A DNA stretch of 63,973 nt, filler included, from Basidioascus undulatus (Eukaryota): NCBI GenBank assembly GCA_000826855.1. It is 3 parts of 3 records of this genome, joined end to end, with 100 filler letters (N's around TTAATTAATTAA, not from the genome) between each part and the next. Parts side by side here need not be neighbours in the genome. Positions count along the whole stretch, not along the records: positions 22,040 to 43,943 come from JTLS01000310.1; 2 more parts are not named here. One strand, written 5' to 3'. Below are positions 22,858 through 33,725 of the stretch, piece by piece. A program made the translations under genes and the position numbers. How positions within the stretch are numbered: the first letter of the stretch is position 1; the number at the start of each line of letters is the position of its first letter. The notes beneath the pieces are model-generated. The model did not search any database. It was not told the origin of the DNA and saw nothing but the letters and a program-made list of their open reading frames with translations.

Positions 22858-25538
22858 TCATTCCCGTGCATCCTCCTCTACAACCCACGCCGGGAACCAA
22901 GGGTGCCACCGCGCCGTCCACTTGCCCTGCGACGCCACTTCCCTCCGCAACGTGTGCATGTTGTTCAGGCACGTATTCTTGAAAGCCGCGAGCGTCTGCG
23001 CGACCCGAGCGATAGTCAGAACCAGAACGAGGAGCTGTAAGAGCATAAGCAATAGCGCATACCTTCACTCTGTCCGAACCCGCAAGCTCCATCTTCCCAT
23101 CCCGCAGCGGCACCTCAAGAAGACGCTCGAGCTCGGTTCGGGCCGAGTTGTACAGCAGCGGCGCCGTCTCGTCGAGCATGGTCGACTTCACACAGAGCAA
23201 ATAAATGTCAGCTCCGCATGTTTCTAAGAGGAGCTGTACGGAATGGCGCACCTCACGCAGCCTCGACACGTCCGCCTGGAACGCGTCCCAGCGCGGCTCG
23301 AGCTCGCCGTGCGGCAGCCCGCGGATCGCCCACTTGAAGCGGCGCTCGAAACTCGCGCGTGCTTGGGCGAGAGAGCGCGCGACGGTATGAGGGACGGGCG
23401 ACGGCGGGTGGAGGATGAGAGCCTGGAACCTCACAGCACAGCCATCAGCGAACGTGGCTTTCTCTTCAAAGACGGTCGAACACACACCCTCAAAGTCGCA
23501 TCCGCCATCACCTCCACGACCCTAACCCAAGCAATCCGTTCCTCCAAGTACTTCCCCACGCCCTCATCCCTTACCCCAAGCGCGTGCAGCGCGTCCCGCT
23601 GCGCGACGAGCGCGGTGCCCCATACGCGCGCGACGCGCGCGGCGTGCCAGTAGATCGCGAGCCACTCCTCGGCAGGGTCGTACAGATCGAGCTCGAGCCC
23701 GGAGAGGAGGATCTCGAGGTAGAGCCCGAGCGCGAGGAGGCGCGGGACGGAGGGGAGGAGCGCGAGCGAAGGGAGCGGGACCCGCAGCTGGGAGGTGAAG
23801 AGGTCGTCAAGGGGAACGACGAGGTCGGCAGCCTGCGAGCGGAAGTCGTCAGAAATGAGGTAGGAGGACGAGGCAGTTTGGAGGACGCACCTCCTCGATA
23901 AGGTCCTCCCACTGCCGAATGGCCTTGCCGAGGTTCCGCTTCTGTCGCGGGCGATTATGACAGTAAACAGATAGGAGATTGACGTAGAACTGTACACCGG
24001 ATATCATCAGCATCACTCCAGCACCCGAAGCGCTCAAACAACGCACCCCCGTAAACCTTTGACACCAGACGTCTACCGCCCGCGCGAGCGTAACCTCGCC
24101 CTGGGGCTCCGCCGCGTCCGCCTCGATCGCGAGCGTGAGCGTGCCGCGCGGGATGCCGGTCATGGAGTGGACGACGGAGTCAACGAGCCATTGCTGCGGA
24201 TGCTTGTGGAGGAGAAGGTTGTCTTCGGAGAGGAGGAGGGACTGCAGAACTGAGGTAAGCAGACCGAGGAAACCAGGAGGAGCCGCAGCGCACCATTGTA
24301 AGGTTGCGGATGATTGCAGGCGGCGGAGGATTTGAAGGAGTGACGATAGAGCGATAGGATAGCCAGTTCTGTAAGGGACGCATTCGCGTCAGCAGCACAG
24401 GCACGGAGCAAAGCAGTGGGACGCACCAGCCATTCCGAAGGATCCTCGACCGTCCCGACCTCCCGCAACTTCTCTACGCCCTCTAGAAAGCCTCTCCACC
24501 CCATCCAAACCTCCTTTCCTTCGATGTCCACCTCGACGGGCGGAAGCGGCGCGTTGTTAGGCAGTTTGCCGGCGACGTACGGATCGAAGGCGGCTCGCGC
24601 TCGAGGCGTGGGCGCTGGCGCTGGGCCGAGCGAAGGGAGGAGGTCGAGAGCCGCCGCTGCGGAGGGTAGAGACGGAAGTGGGGGGTGGAGGAGATGGATT
24701 AGGTACGAGCGGAGGCGGAGGCGGGCGAGGAGAGCCGAGGTGGTTGGTGAGGGAGGGAGGGAGGAGAGCCAGTCGATCGCTGAAGAGAGCAGCGCGAGGA
24801 CATCGGGAAGAGAATATTGCTCGCCCAATGCCAGACCGGACTTGTCCGAATGGAAGTCCTCGGCCTGTTTCCCTCTCCTTGAGCCTGCCTGGTCCCCTGC
24901 TCGCAAGGGCAATTGAGACTCACGTCGTACACCGTCCCCTTCGCCATCTCCGCCCAAGCCGCCCCAACGCACACCAAGCACCCCATCAGCCCAGCTCTCA
25001 AGACCAGCCCAACCCACTCCCACGCGTATCCCTCCGCGCCCTCGGTCTCAGCCGAGGAAAGCGAGAGCGCCGCGAGCTTGAGGTTCTCGAGGGAGATGGA
25101 CTGCAGGCGGTGCAGGTAGAGCGAGGTGTAGAGCGACTGAGTGAGATGCGCGCCATCATGGAAGAGCAGCTCGAGCTGTGTCGTCACGTCGAGAATGTAC
25201 GTGATCTCGTGCGGGAGGAGCGGCGCGTTTGTAGAGAACGGCGGGAGGTCGGCTGGGCGCGGGACGTTGGGCAGGTACGAGTCCATGCGGGTGTCTCCGA
25301 TCTGATAGCGCTTTCAGCTATACCAATATGCTTTCAAGTTCCATGATATACGCACATGTATCGCGCACATGGCGTCCATGAGCGTCAGTCCAGGAGAATG
25401 CACGAGCTCGCCCAGCTGGAGGTCTTCGCTCCAGCTCGTTCAGCTTATGGCGTGAGACTCGCAGGTTTCCTGATTATGCTCACCCTTGGCGGCAGAGCGC
25501 AAAAGCTCAGTAACATCTCGGTATGTGTGTCCGCCCAT
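22858..25538 (-). CDS. MAK10: NatC auxiliary subunit Mak10/NAA35
   Basis: Motifs YRDVTELL, GELVHSPGLTLMDAMCAIHIGDTRMDS, FHDGAHLTQSLYTSLYLH, CHNRPRQKR, SGLELDLYDPAEEW, FERRFKW, and C-terminal WHPWFP. Confidence 0.88.
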
Positions 25539-25589
25539 TTTAGGCTGGTCTGGGCTATAAACAGCAGGTCTGCGTGGGTGGAAGGGACG

Positions 25590-26095
25590 CGGTGAGGAGC
25601 GAGAAGACGCGAGTGGAGCGAGCGAGGGCTGGGCTTGCCGACGCTTGGGTCTGCCTGAGTTGCAAGTGCGCCATTGCAGCGTCGAACAATCAACCTTTGC
25701 AGCCTGCCGGTCTTCGCCTTTGCTTTTTTCTTGCAGCACACCTCCCCGGCTGCAATTGCTCGACTCATGGAGCTTGTGCTTCACATTGCTTCACATTTAA
25801 TATTCTGCCAGCTTTCCATATTCCGGCTGTAGGTTGCCAACCTTCCGGTTCATAAGCGCCACAGACCTCGCGCTCTTGCTCTCGTGACCACAGATTGCAG
25901 CGCTTGAAATGCGCTACGGCCTACAAGGCAGGCTGCCAGACCCTGCTATACGGAAATTCGGTCCCTCCCTCCACCTACCAGGATCTGCATGACAGACTTT
26001 TTGAGCTACAAACTGGTCCTCGACGGAGCCGGAGACGGTGCATAGCCGAAGCTGGTGTGCAGAGGGGCTGGTGGCGCCAACTTCGGATGCTTTGA
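25590..26095 (+). pseudogene. Remnant paralogous to the 20105-21300 relic
   Basis: PPSTYQDLHDRLFELQ resembles PPAHQDLHDRLVQLE. The sequence gaagacgcgagtgg is shared at ~20311 and ~25603. Confidence 0.4.
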
Positions 26096-26217
26096 GGCTC
26101 GTCGCTCACCCTTAAAAGACGGACTGCGAGCGGGTCTTCTGCGTCGTTCACCTAAATCCACACTCATTTTACCCTCATACCCCGCTCTGTTACCTTACTG
26201 ATACCCCTGTCGACAAC

Positions 26218-27621
26218 ATGCGCCTCACGCTCGCCGCTACGACTGTTCCTCTCGCTGCCCTCGCGGCAGCTCTCCCCGTGGTCGAGCGCCAGTTCACCTC
26301 GCAGGACCCCGCTTTCACCCTCTCTGAGGACCAACTGGCCTCGTTCTTGGTCTGCCCCGGTGCAACCCCAGACACTGGTATGCCATTGATATTCTCCACG
26401 CCCGAACAGGCTCGGTGACTGATTGCCTGGTTGGTAGTCACCAACCCCATCCTCCTCGTTCCTGTAGGTGTTGCGTCTGAAGTATCTTTCCCTGTTCATC
26501 TCATTTATGCTTCCTATAGGGCACCGGCTCCACAGGCGAGGACTCGTTCGGTCAGGGCTACTCGAAGCTTGTCCCGGAGCTGGGCTTCCAGCCCTGCACG
26601 ACGTCCCCTCCCAATGACATGTAGGTTCGAATGCGCTTCTTCCTGCCTGTAACAAAACTGAATCCGCGTGTTACATTTACCAGGCTTGGGGACATCCAAG
26701 AGAACGCCGAATACGTCGCCTACGCCATCAACAGGCTGGCGTCCGCCGCGGGCAAGCCGATCAAATTGCTCGGTTGGAGTCAGGGGAACCTCGCCACGCA
26801 ATGGGCTCTCACCTTCTACCCCTCAACCCGCTCCAATGTAGACGGGTTCGTCTCACTGGCTGGCGACTTCGGTAAGCCTTGCCCAATCCACCTCCATGCA
26901 GATTAAGGCTGACAGTCCTGTGCCATAGCCGGCGTCGCCGTCGCGAACATCGGTCTCGGTGCTCCGGCGATCATCCAGCAGGGATCGGGCAGCAACTTCA
27001 TAGCTGCTCTGAAGGCTGGCGGAGGCGACAAGGTGTGGGTCCCGACTACTTCGATCCGCTCTCAGACGGACGAGGTCGTCCAGCCCACCTCGAGCAGCAT
27101 TCTTCCGGGCGCTGTTAACGTGCGGATCCAAGACTACTGCCCTGTGAGTCTTGACTTTCCTCTGTCTCGGTGTGAAGTGTGGTAAACTAGCTGACAATGT
27201 TGGGATTGAATAGCTCAAAATCGTTCTGCACGCCACTCAGCTGCACGATGGATTCGTCTACGGCGTCGCTAAGCAAGCGTACGTCTTCCTTTCAGGCTAA
27301 CCATGGCTTTCGCGGCTCATTGCACAGATCCCCCGCACAGCCTTCTTTCCCCTACCGGCCAAGCCGATCCCGCTCTGATTGAGCCGATCTGCGATGGCGA
27401 TGCGCCCGGCCTCACGCTTGCCGACACACTCAAGACCGAGACCGCGACGGAGGACGCCGTGCTCGCGATCGTGGGCAACCTGCTACTTACTCAGTTCCAG
27501 GTACACATTTCCGGACAGGTTTACATACAGGACTGTTACTGATCTCTCAATGTGATGCACTCAACAGGAGCCGCCCCTCCAGCCCTTTGCTGCGGCGGCG
27601 CTCGCTGCCTCGCTTGCATGA
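26218..27621 (+). CDS. Secreted lipase B (CalB-like alpha/beta hydrolase)
   Basis: Signal peptide, then NPILLVPGTG, LGDIQENAEYVAYAI, the GWSQG nucleophile, QWALTFYPS, TDEVVQP (Asp), VLHA (His) and EPPLQPFA. Eight exons splice in frame. Confidence 0.9.
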
Positions 27622-27861
27622 TTCGGACACTGATTTGGGCCTACTGTTGTATTTGTTTGAGTATACCTGAACCAAGTAAGCAGGATAATAGATAATAATC
27701 ACCTGGCTGTCTTGGACGCCTTGGCATCTCATGGGTGATGTGTCGGTCATGACAAGCCACGGGTATTGAGTCTAAACCGCTTGCAACGGCCTACTGCTGG
27801 CTTCGAAGCATCTTGCTTGGGAACTTGCCATCAAGTCCTTCGGTCATTGCTACTCGCCGTC

Positions 27862-29174
27862 ATGCTGCTTCTCATCCTGGTTCTAGCCCTGGTCGCGCAC
27901 TCGAAGCCCGCTGGCAGAACAAGATTGTCAGCGACCCGCCGTGGAGCTGGAAGTCCCCAGAAGCGATCTTTGAGAGATCCTTGACCTGCCCGGGTGTGTT
28001 TATACAAGACCGTGAGTATGAACCCCATCTCCATATCTCACACGATCGAAGAACACATAGTGGAACGCCTCAGTCGCAGAGCATATTCGCATTTGCCTGC
28101 AGTCAAGAACCCAGTGCTGCTCGTACCGGTAGGTGCGCTGGCGGATATATCGATTATATGTACTAAAAACCTTTCCAATCCTCAGGGAACTGGCTCAGAC
28201 GGCCAACGCAGCTTCGCACACGGCTGGGTCAAGATCCTGCGGGAAGTGGGTTATCAGCCTTGCCATGTTGCTCCTCAGCCTTACATGTGAGCTTTCTATC
28301 AGCTGTTGTTCCTCTGTGAATTCCAATGACCTTTTTTATGCTTTTTCTATAATGGAAAGGCTTGACGGTGTACAAGAAATGCTGAACACGTCGTTTACGC
28401 CATTCAGCGTCTGGCTGGCATCGCGAAGCACCCAATTGGAGTCATCGGCTGAAGTCAGGTCCGTTAGTAACCTGTACGCAGCGCAAATCTTTCGGGTACT
28501 CGAATGATGCCCGCCTTATCTACCCAGGGGAACCTCGGTAAGTATGATGCCGAGTGACCCAGAGCATCACCGTGCGCATCCATAATGCTGAAATCATCAT
28601 CACTGCAGCAACGCAATGGGTGCTCTCTTTCTACTCGAGTACACGCCATGCGGTCAGAAGCTTCGTCAGCTTGGCGGGCAAACTTCAGTGAGCCTCCGCT
28701 GCTCAACTGTGTTTCTCTCAAATGAACTTGTCAACTGACGTTGCTGCACAGAGGGGATCCCTCCCTGGTCTCTGGGTGGACTTACTGCTGCGGTCGTTCA
28801 ACAAGGGAGCAACTCGAGCTTCATCGCAGCTCTCAAAGCCAGCGGGGGCTGGAACGAGATCATTCAGACGACTTCCTTGGCGTCTAAGACTAACGGTGTT
28901 AGTGTCTCTGAACTTTCTATCGCTAAAGCAACGGCGCTGACAACAGATGTGCATTCAGGTTGTTCCGACGTACAGCAGCTATCTGGCAGGAGCATCGAAA
29001 ATTCTTATGCAGGATTATTGTCCGGTGTGTGTTCCAAACGTGTGTGCAGCCATAGGGTGCCTGAAAGCTGAGTCGATCGATGGGATCTACACCAGGGCAA
29101 GAATGTCGCGCACGGAGATTTTCTTTTCGGTGGTAACACCCTTATACACTGCCCTTGCTGCATCCCCTGTCTGA
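27862..29174 (+). pseudogene. Second CalB-like lipase, pseudogene
   Basis: Motifs KNPVLLVP and GTGSDGQRSF are present. There is a frameshift at QE/NAEHVVYAI (~28378), and the nucleophile motif reads G*SQ (TGA at 28450-28452). Confidence 0.85.
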
Positions 29175-29736
29175 TAGTCATTGCGCCTCGCAGGCTTCGT
29201 ATATTTGGTTGCGAAACACGCGTAAGACTGTATCTGAATGGTACTAATCTCGTGCGCACCAAGTCGTTACACTGAAAATGGAGATCATTGGACTTGGCTC
29301 TCCTACGGGAAAAGCCACATTGCAACGCCGCCATAATAATCAAGGGACCCAAGCCGCCAACTACTGCTCTGAATCTGTACCGCAGCTCAACGTCGAAGAT
29401 GTGGCGATACTGAGCACAGCGAAAAGTCTGGCTTGGAGAACGTTCGGGCGTACAAAATGCTCGAGTACCCCGTGGAGCCGCCGTTGTGGAAGTTTGCGAA
29501 GCACGCTCTGTACGAGAACGTCACTGGGAAGGGTCGTTGATTCCAAGATGTGCGAGTCCTTTCGGTATGTTGTCGAGGCAGACGGACATTCTTCGAAATG
29601 AAGCATGTTTTCGAAATCTGGTATGCTACAGAAGGTAGGAGTCTATGGTAAAGTACATTTTCCCGTCGCTCCGCATGGCACCGAATGACCAAATGAGGAG
29701 ACCAGCTCATTTTCTTTTGCAAATTTTGGGTAGACC

Positions 29737-30957
29737 TCAGTGGTGGTTCTTCGAGTCGTCCTCATCGTCCGACTTGTCCTTGTCGCATTTGTCCTCGCGT
29801 TCGGAGTGCGAGGACGGCGCTGGGGGACCCTGGGAGATGCCAAGGTCTGCAAGAGCCACGTCAGCACAAACCCAGACAACAGTTACATCCCAGAGTACCG
29901 TTGGAGGCTCACTCTCAAGGAGACCCGTCCGAAGGTCATAGACCATGCCGTGGACCCACAGCTCCGGCGTCGGCTCGCCCGAGTGTCCCTTGGCGCCAGT
30001 TGCAAAGTGGGACCATGCCTGTTCAAATCTTTATCAGATACGCAATGAATTTTGGGGCTTAATACGCACAATCACTCACCGACTGAACCACGCTGGACTC
30101 AACAACGCGGTGGACGTTCCGAGCGACGTTCTCGTGGACCATCGCCACGAAGGCCGGGTGGTCGAGGGTAAGCTGCGGCTTCTCCTGGCTGTCCCGGTAG
30201 GCGACGACGTCTTCGTGGGTGGAGTTGGCGAAGACCTCCCGAAGAGGGTCGAGGTAGTCGTGCAGCGCCGTCTCGCCCTCGTGGAGCTCCTCCGCGGGGC
30301 GCGGGGACATGGACGCGGCGATGCCGCCGCAGCCGATGTGGCCGGTGACGATGATCTAGTAGGATACTTGTGTGACAGAGGTGCGGGGGACAAGTGGTCA
30401 AAAATGACATACGTGCTTGACGTGAAGATGGTTCACACCGTACGCCAACGCCGACTCGGTGGTGAGGGCGGAGGCGTTGTACTGGTTGGCGATGTTCCGA
30501 ACGGTGAAAAGGGTGCCCGGGGGAGCGCTTGTAATCTGGTTCTCGGATACCCTGCAACCACCGTTTCAACCGAACCTCAAGAACCCTAAGAAGCAGAAAT
30601 ACGAACCTGGAATCGCTACATCCGATGAACAGCGCCTGTAGACAGGGCGAGACATTAGTAAGGACAGGGTGAGGTTAATTTGGGACGACGCACAGGAGGG
30701 CTTTGGCCGGCAAGCTGAGCATCCAGCTGCTCAGGGGAAAGGCCGGTGGCGAACCGCTCGTTGCCGTCCAGCAGTGCCTGAAGCTCGGGGAAGCGAGAAA
30801 GCTCGTCACGGCGCGCAATACGCTCCGGCGATGCGAGCTGGCGGCGGAGGAGGGCGGTGTCGTGCTCGAGCTCGAAGAGGTTGTGGATGGCGGGGTGGGG
30901 GTGCGCCAGGACGCTGGTGACAGCGAAGAAAGCGAAAGAAAGTGAGATGGCCAGCAT
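29737..30957 (-). CDS. Beta-class carbonic anhydrase with an N-terminal signal peptide
   Basis: Signal MLAISLSFAFFAVTSVLA, then LLDGNERF, GQSP, FIGCSDSRV, RNIANQ, GHIGCGGI (Zn ligands) and VHGMVYDLRTG. The exons are in frame. Confidence 0.9.
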
Positions 30958-31885
30958 GCCGAATGTGAATGTGTGTCAGCTGTGGGGTGAAAGCGACTTG
31001 AGCTAGGAAACAGAATGGCAGTTGTCGCCTTTATTTCTCCCCTGCTCCCAGCGTCTCTTGCCGCCAAGGAAGGAGCACAAGACGTCAAAGTCTCCCGAGG
31101 GAAGAGAAGATGTTTGATAACCATAGGTTGACACCCCGAAACAAGGGCTCGCGGTGCAGCGGGACCAGGGCAGGGCGAGCGGAGGAGTGCGGAAGGCGGC
31201 GGGAGTCTGGGCAGGCGCCGCAGAGGGTCATCACAAGCTGCGCTGGAAAGTTTCCGACGCCAGCAATGCCGCCGTTGCACACACGCTTGGGATCGCGAAG
31301 CTGGGGCTGAGGAAATCTTGTGATGGGGTGCTGGAACGTGGCACGAGGGGATGAGGATCCCCTTGGGCCGGCGTGTTTCCATGAAGCAAGGGGAAGAAGA
31401 GCGGTTACAGGTGTAACACTCTGGCGCTTGGCAACCTTCTCGCCTTGGAGATTCTTCTCTTCGAGCTTCCTTTCCTTGACAAATTGCCGCTGATCTTCCG
31501 CTTGTTTCAGAATGATTTGAAGTCTGACTTGTGTGTGCTTCGAAGTCTGACTCCGCCCCGGTAATGCCTGTCAGTGGCAGCGGCTTGCAGTCGTCGGCTT
31601 TTATATCCAGCGCATCGTTGCCTGCAGCGGCATTTATCGCAACGGCAACATTCCACAAACATCCCCATTAATATTCCCTTCCTAAAAAATGGCACCACGC
31701 TCCCTCGGTATTATCGCCCTCCGCACAGCTCCTCCTCCTACATAATTCCCACGGCGACCGATGATCGTCATCTTGGCGGCTCAGGCAACGTCTTCCCTCT
31801 CTTCTCCCTCCTCTTCCACGCTTAATAACTACACGACCCCTTCCCCTTTAAACTCAAAATAATCGCATCACACACACCCGTCGCG

Positions 31886-33223
31886 ATGTCCGCCCCGAAC
31901 AAGCGGACCCTAACTCTCGCGTTCTTGCAGTGCGACAAGCTGCCGGACCAGGCGATCGAGGTGTGCCGCGCCTCGTGCCCTGCCCTGCGTCCTGGAGCTG
32001 ATGCTTCCTTGCTCGCTTTGGTGGTTAACAGCGTCACGGTACGCGTTATTTGGCATTGACCTGCTCTTACCGTCGAAGGTAACTTACAATGCCCCACAGG
32101 AGAGTATCAGGACGTCCTGCGCAACACGGTGGAGCCTATCCTTTGTGAAGCACCGACTGCGAGGTTGATCTGCAGGTGCTCAAATACGGTGAATTTTTCA
32201 TCCATAATCGTGGGTGTAACCCTTGGGCTGAACACCGCATCTTGCAGATGCGATCAAGCGCGAGTACCCTTCGGAGGCCATATTGGAGCGCATCGACGCT
32301 GTCGTCGTGAGCGGGTCGTTTGCAGACGGCACGTTCCTTCCTTCCGCCTATCTTCACGCGGCTGTTCATCTTCATAACACTCCTTTCCTCCCTCCAGATG
32401 CCCACGCAGACGCGGCCTGGATCCTCCGCCTCGCGGGGTTCCTAATCCAAATCGCCGACTCGTACCCGCGCATCTGAATCATCGGCATCTGCTTAATACG
32501 TTCCACTTTACGGGCAGTGCTCTGCTTCCCGCTTAACATTGGAAACTGTGTGTGCAGGGCCTCCAAGTCATCGCGCGCGCGTTCGGCCCGGCGAAAATCG
32601 AACCCAACCCGCGCGGATGGGAGGTCGGCAGCACGGAGCTGCGGTTGACCAAGGTTGGGAGGGCGGTGCTCAACGTGCCGGATCTGGAGTGGAAGAGCCA
32701 TTGGTGCGTGGGTTCTCTATTCTGTCGAGGAGACTGTCTACTCACTTACCACAGTACCTCCAACAAATACACGCCGACATCGTCAGCTCCGTGCCGGAGG
32801 GGTTCCATCTCCTCGCCAGTTCGGAACTGAGTACGCCCTAGAGACTTACCAAGCGCGCGTAACTCTTTCCTGACCTTCTCGCGCACCCTCAGCTCCCATA
32901 CAGGGGCTCGTCAAGTTCTACCCCGAAGGGACCGAGCCGCCTCCTTTCACCCACACGCACGCGCTTCCCGAAGAGCCGTTCTGCAATGTTCGTCTCCCTG
33001 CCCCCTTTTAGCCTCCTGGGCGTCCATCCAATCTCCCCAAACTCCTCCAGATTCACATTATAGCCCTCCAAGGTCACCCGGAGTGGCACGAGGGATTTCA
33101 GGTTACGTCTAGAGCGGTATTTTCACGGAGGAGTTCGCGAAGGGTGCCAAGGAGCGGACGAAGTGCCATCACGATGGACAGCGCATTGGGAAGGCGCTGC
33201 TGCGTGTATTGGGCATTCACTAG
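31886..33223 (+). pseudogene. Class I glutamine amidotransferase-like (GMP-synthase-like) gene, disrupted
   Basis: Motifs DAVVVSGS, IIGIC.GLQVIARAFG, GWEVG, QIHADIV, LQGHPEW. An in-frame TGA lies at 32475-32477, and the donor after GICL reads ATACGT instead of GTACGT. Confidence 0.82.
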
Positions 33224-33314
33224 AATTTGCGAAGGGCACGAGGGAGCGGACGAAGGGGCATCACGATGGTCAGCGCATCGGAAAGGCATGTTTGCGTGTA
33301 TTGGGCATTCATCA
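33131..33314 (+). repeat. 92-bp diverged tandem duplication of the GATase C-terminal coding segment
   Basis: EFAKGAKERTKCHHDGQRIGKALLRVLGIH* is followed by EFAKGTRERTKGHHDGQRIGKACLRVLGIHQ. Confidence 0.9.
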
Positions 33315-33725
33315 GACTTGTAATTGATAGATGAATCACTTGCAAATGTAAGAAGAGCATGTCGAATGGGCAAGTCGCCGGTAGAATTTCGTTCAACTGG
33401 ACGCGTCTTCGAGCAAGACGCGGCCTCTCGCGTTCGCGAAACAACATATCGAGCTCATTGGACGCTTTGCCAATACGTGGATACAGTTGACCACTTTTCA
33501 CGGCACCCCAGAGACCAATTTTGCCATCCACTTGCAGACGGACTGGAAGAGCCTGAATCGCGCGACGCGTCTTCTGGCATTTGCGCTGACTAAGCGACGC
33601 GTCCCTTGCCCCTTCTCCCCCTTCTCCCTCCTCGCTTGCCCCTCCTTCCACCCCACCTCCCGCTTCCCCCGGCGCAGTCCGGCTTCTCTTCAACCTTTTC
33701 ACTCTGATAACCAATTGAGACGAGC

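Noticed and set aside
30675..31658. 327-aa minus-strand ORF upstream of the carbonic anhydrase
   Set aside because: It has no motif, is out of frame with the CA exon, and spans a divergent promoter region.
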